NCBI GenBank assembly: GCA_964016885.1
Contig: OZ024743.1
Span: forward strand, 141,856,001-141,920,000
DNA: 64,000 nt
Direction: 5' to 3'
From: Eledone cirrhosa
Lineage: Eukaryota
Of this stretch, positions 62,201-64,000 are shown one piece after another (the first letter of the stretch is position 1; each line of letters starts with the position of its first letter). The notes under the pieces were generated by a model. That model saw only the letters and a list, made by a program, of their open reading frames with translations, had not been told where the DNA came from and made no database searches. The position numbers and the translations under genes are program-made.

Positions 62201-64000
62201 TTGGTGCTTGCTGTTTGGTGCTTGGTGCTTGGTGCTTGGTGTTTGATCTTGGGTCCTTGGTGCTTGGTGTTTGGTGTTTGGTGCTTGGTGCTTGGTGTTT
62301 GGTGCTTGGTGCTTGGTGTTTGGTGTTTGGTGGTTGGTGCTTGGGGCTTGGTGTTTGGTGCTTGGTGCTTGGTGTTTGGTGCTTGGTGCTTGGGGCTTGG
62401 TAGTTGGTGCTTGGTGCTTGGTGCCTGGTGTTTGGTGTTTGGTGTTTGGTGCTTGGTGTTTGGTGCTTGGTGCTTGGTGCTGGGTGGTTGGTGTTTGGTG
62501 CTTGGTGCTTGGTGTTTGGTGCTTGGTGCTTGGTGCTTGTTGTTTGGTGCTTGGTGCCTGGTGTTTGGTGTTTGGTGTTTGGTGCATGGTGTTTGGTGTT
62601 TGGCGTTTGGTGCTTGGTGCTTGGTGTTTGGTGCTTGGTGCTTGGTGCTTGGTGTTTGGTGCTTGGTTCTTGGTGATTAGTGTTTGTTGCTTGGTGCTTG
62701 GGGTTTGGTGGTTGGTCCTTGGTGCTTGGTGTTTGGTGTTTGGTGTTTGGTGTTTGGTGTTTGCTGTTTGGTGTCTGCTTTTTGGTGTTTGGTGTTTGCT
62801 GTATGGTGTTTGCTGTTTCGTATTTGGTTTTTGCTGTTTGGTGTTTGGTGTTTGCTGTTTTGTGTTTGGTGTTTGGTGCTTGGTGCTTGGTGCTTGGTGT
62901 TTGGCGTTTGGTGCTTGGAGCTTGGTGTTTGGTGCTTGGTGATTGGTGTTTGGTGTTTGGTGCTTGGTGCCTGGTGCTTGTTGTATGGTGTTTGGTGCTT
63001 GGTGCTTGGTGTTTGGTGTTTGCTGCTTGGTGTCTGGTGTTTGGTGCTTGGTGTTTGGTGTTTGGTGCTTGGTGCTTGGTGCTTGGTGTTTGGTGTTTGG
63101 TGCTTGGTGTTTGGTGTTTGGTGCTGGGTGCATGGAGTTTGGTGCTTGGTGCTTAGTGCTTGGTGTTTGGTGTTTGGTGCTTGGTATTTGGTGTTTGGTG
63201 TTTGATGCTTGGTGTGTGGTGCTTGGTGCTTGGTGTTTTGTGTTTGGTGCTTGGTGCTTGGTGCCTGGTGCTTGGTGCTTGGTGCTTGTTGTTTGGTGCT
63301 TGGTGCTTGGTGATTAGTGTTTGGTGCTTGGTCCTTGGGGTTTGCTGTTTGGTGCGTGGTGCTTGGTATTTGGTGCTTGGTGCATGGTGTTTGGTGTTTG
63401 GTGCTTGGAGTTTGGTGTTTGGTGCTTGGTGCTTGGTGCTTGGTGTTTGGTGCTTGGTGCTTGGTGTTTGGTGCTTGGTGCTTTGTGTTTGGTGCTTGGT
63501 GTTTGGTGCTTGGTGCTTGGTGCTTGGTGCTTGGTGCTTGGTGTTAGGTGTTTGGTGCTTGGTGATTGGTGTTTGATGTTAGGTTCTTGGTGCTTGGTGT
63601 TTGGTGTTTGGTGCTTGGTGCTTGGTGTTTGGTGTTTGGTGCTTGGTGTTTTGTGTTTGGAGTTTGGTGCTTGGTGTTTGGTGCTTCGGTCTTGGTGTTT
63701 GGTGTTTGGTGCTTGGTGCTTGGTGTTTGGTGTTTGGTGCCTGGTGCTTGGTGTTTGGTGGTTGATGTTTGGTGTTTGGTGATTGGTGCTTGGTGTTTGG
63801 TGCTTGGTGCTTGGTGCTTGGTGCTTGGTGTTAGGCGTTTGGTGCTTGGTGCTTGGTGATTGATGTTTGGTCCTTGGTGCTTGGTGTTTGGTATTTGGTG
63901 CTTGGTGCTTGGTGCTTGGTGTTTGGTGTTTGGTGCTTGCTGCTGCTGCTTGGTGTTTGGAGCTAGGGGCTTGGTGCTTGGTGCTTGGTGTTTGGTGCTT
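50270..64000. repeat. Variable-length higher-order array, at least five related copies with periods 3156, 3031, 2590 and 4073 bp
   Basis: Anchor TTGGTCC TTGGGGT TTGCTGT TTGGTGC GTGG(A/T)GC TTGGTAT at 50478, 53634, 56665, 59255 and 63328. Internal offsets 52318/55419 = 3101, 51415/54572 = 3157, 57893/61987 = 4094, 59486/63566 = 4080. Confidence 0.85.

Larger units (their letters stand above)
1..64000. repeat. Heptamer tandem-repeat satellite (TTGGTGY)n, about 9,140 units, single orientation, open at both window edges
   Basis: The sequence parses throughout into 7-mers, mainly TTGGTGC and TTGGTGT. Minority variants with 1-3 substitutions include TTGCTGT, TTGGTGA, TTAGTGT, TTGATGY, CTGGTGC, TTGTTGT, TTGGGGY and TTGGTCY. 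No inversion or non-repeat insert seen. The + strand is nearly A-free. Confidence 0.99.

Noticed and set aside
18204-63133. Minus-strand ORFs of up to 1303 aa as mucin-like or repeat-protein genes
   Set aside because: They start at sporadic CAT variants and end at sporadic TTA/CTA variants. There is no signal peptide or non-repeat domain, and homologous blocks are open in different frames.
3-63859. Hundreds of + strand ORFs resembling Trp/Cys-rich membrane proteins
   Set aside because: They overlap in all three frames with the same peptide, mostly start at TTG/GTG inside the repeat unit, and persist only because the strand lacks A and hence stop codons. No domain or unique sequence is present.
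1-64000. CRISPR array or other repeat-spacer system
   Set aside because: There are no unique spacers; sequence between recurrent motifs is the same heptamer. No leader or cas genes are present.
1-64000. Cyanobacterial STRR heptamer repeats
   Set aside because: The period is the same, but the consensus differs from the STRR motifs I recall (CCCCART, TTKGTCA), and STRR tracts are short and lie between genes.
1-64000. Canonical telomerase-synthesised telomere
   Set aside because: The motif is not TTAGGG, TTTAGGG, TTAGG or TTGGGG, and complex variant strings are copied in kb blocks, which a short RNA template cannot produce. Scattered TTAGG and TTGGGG matches are single-substitution variants.
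1-64000. Fungal RIP or CpG-deamination signature
   Set aside because: RIP would convert the abundant TG to TA, but TTAGTGY and TTGGTAY are only minor variants. The main C/T site is in CTT context and CpG is absent from the consensus.
1-64000. Pure sequencing or basecalling artefact
   Set aside because: Rare substitutions and specific indels recur in identical contexts kb apart, and register is almost perfectly kept, which random error would not produce. Exact copy number of near-identical blocks could still be misassembled.
1-64000. Promoters, terminators, hairpins, tRNA/rRNA or inverted repeats
   Set aside because: A nearly A-free single-orientation strand has little Watson-Crick self-complementarity. 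No such motif or strand switch was seen.

Overview
The whole 64 kb window is one uninterrupted heptamer tandem-repeat (satellite) array, consensus TTGGTG(C/T) on the + strand and (G/A)CACCAA on the - strand, about 9,140 units, open at both ends. I found no unique sequence, gene, RNA gene, transposon or CRISPR array. The ORF track is explained by the 7-bp period, which gives the same 7-aa pseudo-repeat in all three frames of each strand. The structure lies in the variant pattern: a two-state C/T string, recurrent rare variants, nested duplications from 21 bp to about 5.3 kb, about 19 single-base phase breaks (several inherited by duplication) and regional layering of variants. Host and function (telomeric, subtelomeric, centromeric or other) cannot be assigned from this window. 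All alignments were done by eye or from offsets between matching ORF-track entries, so block boundaries are approximate.
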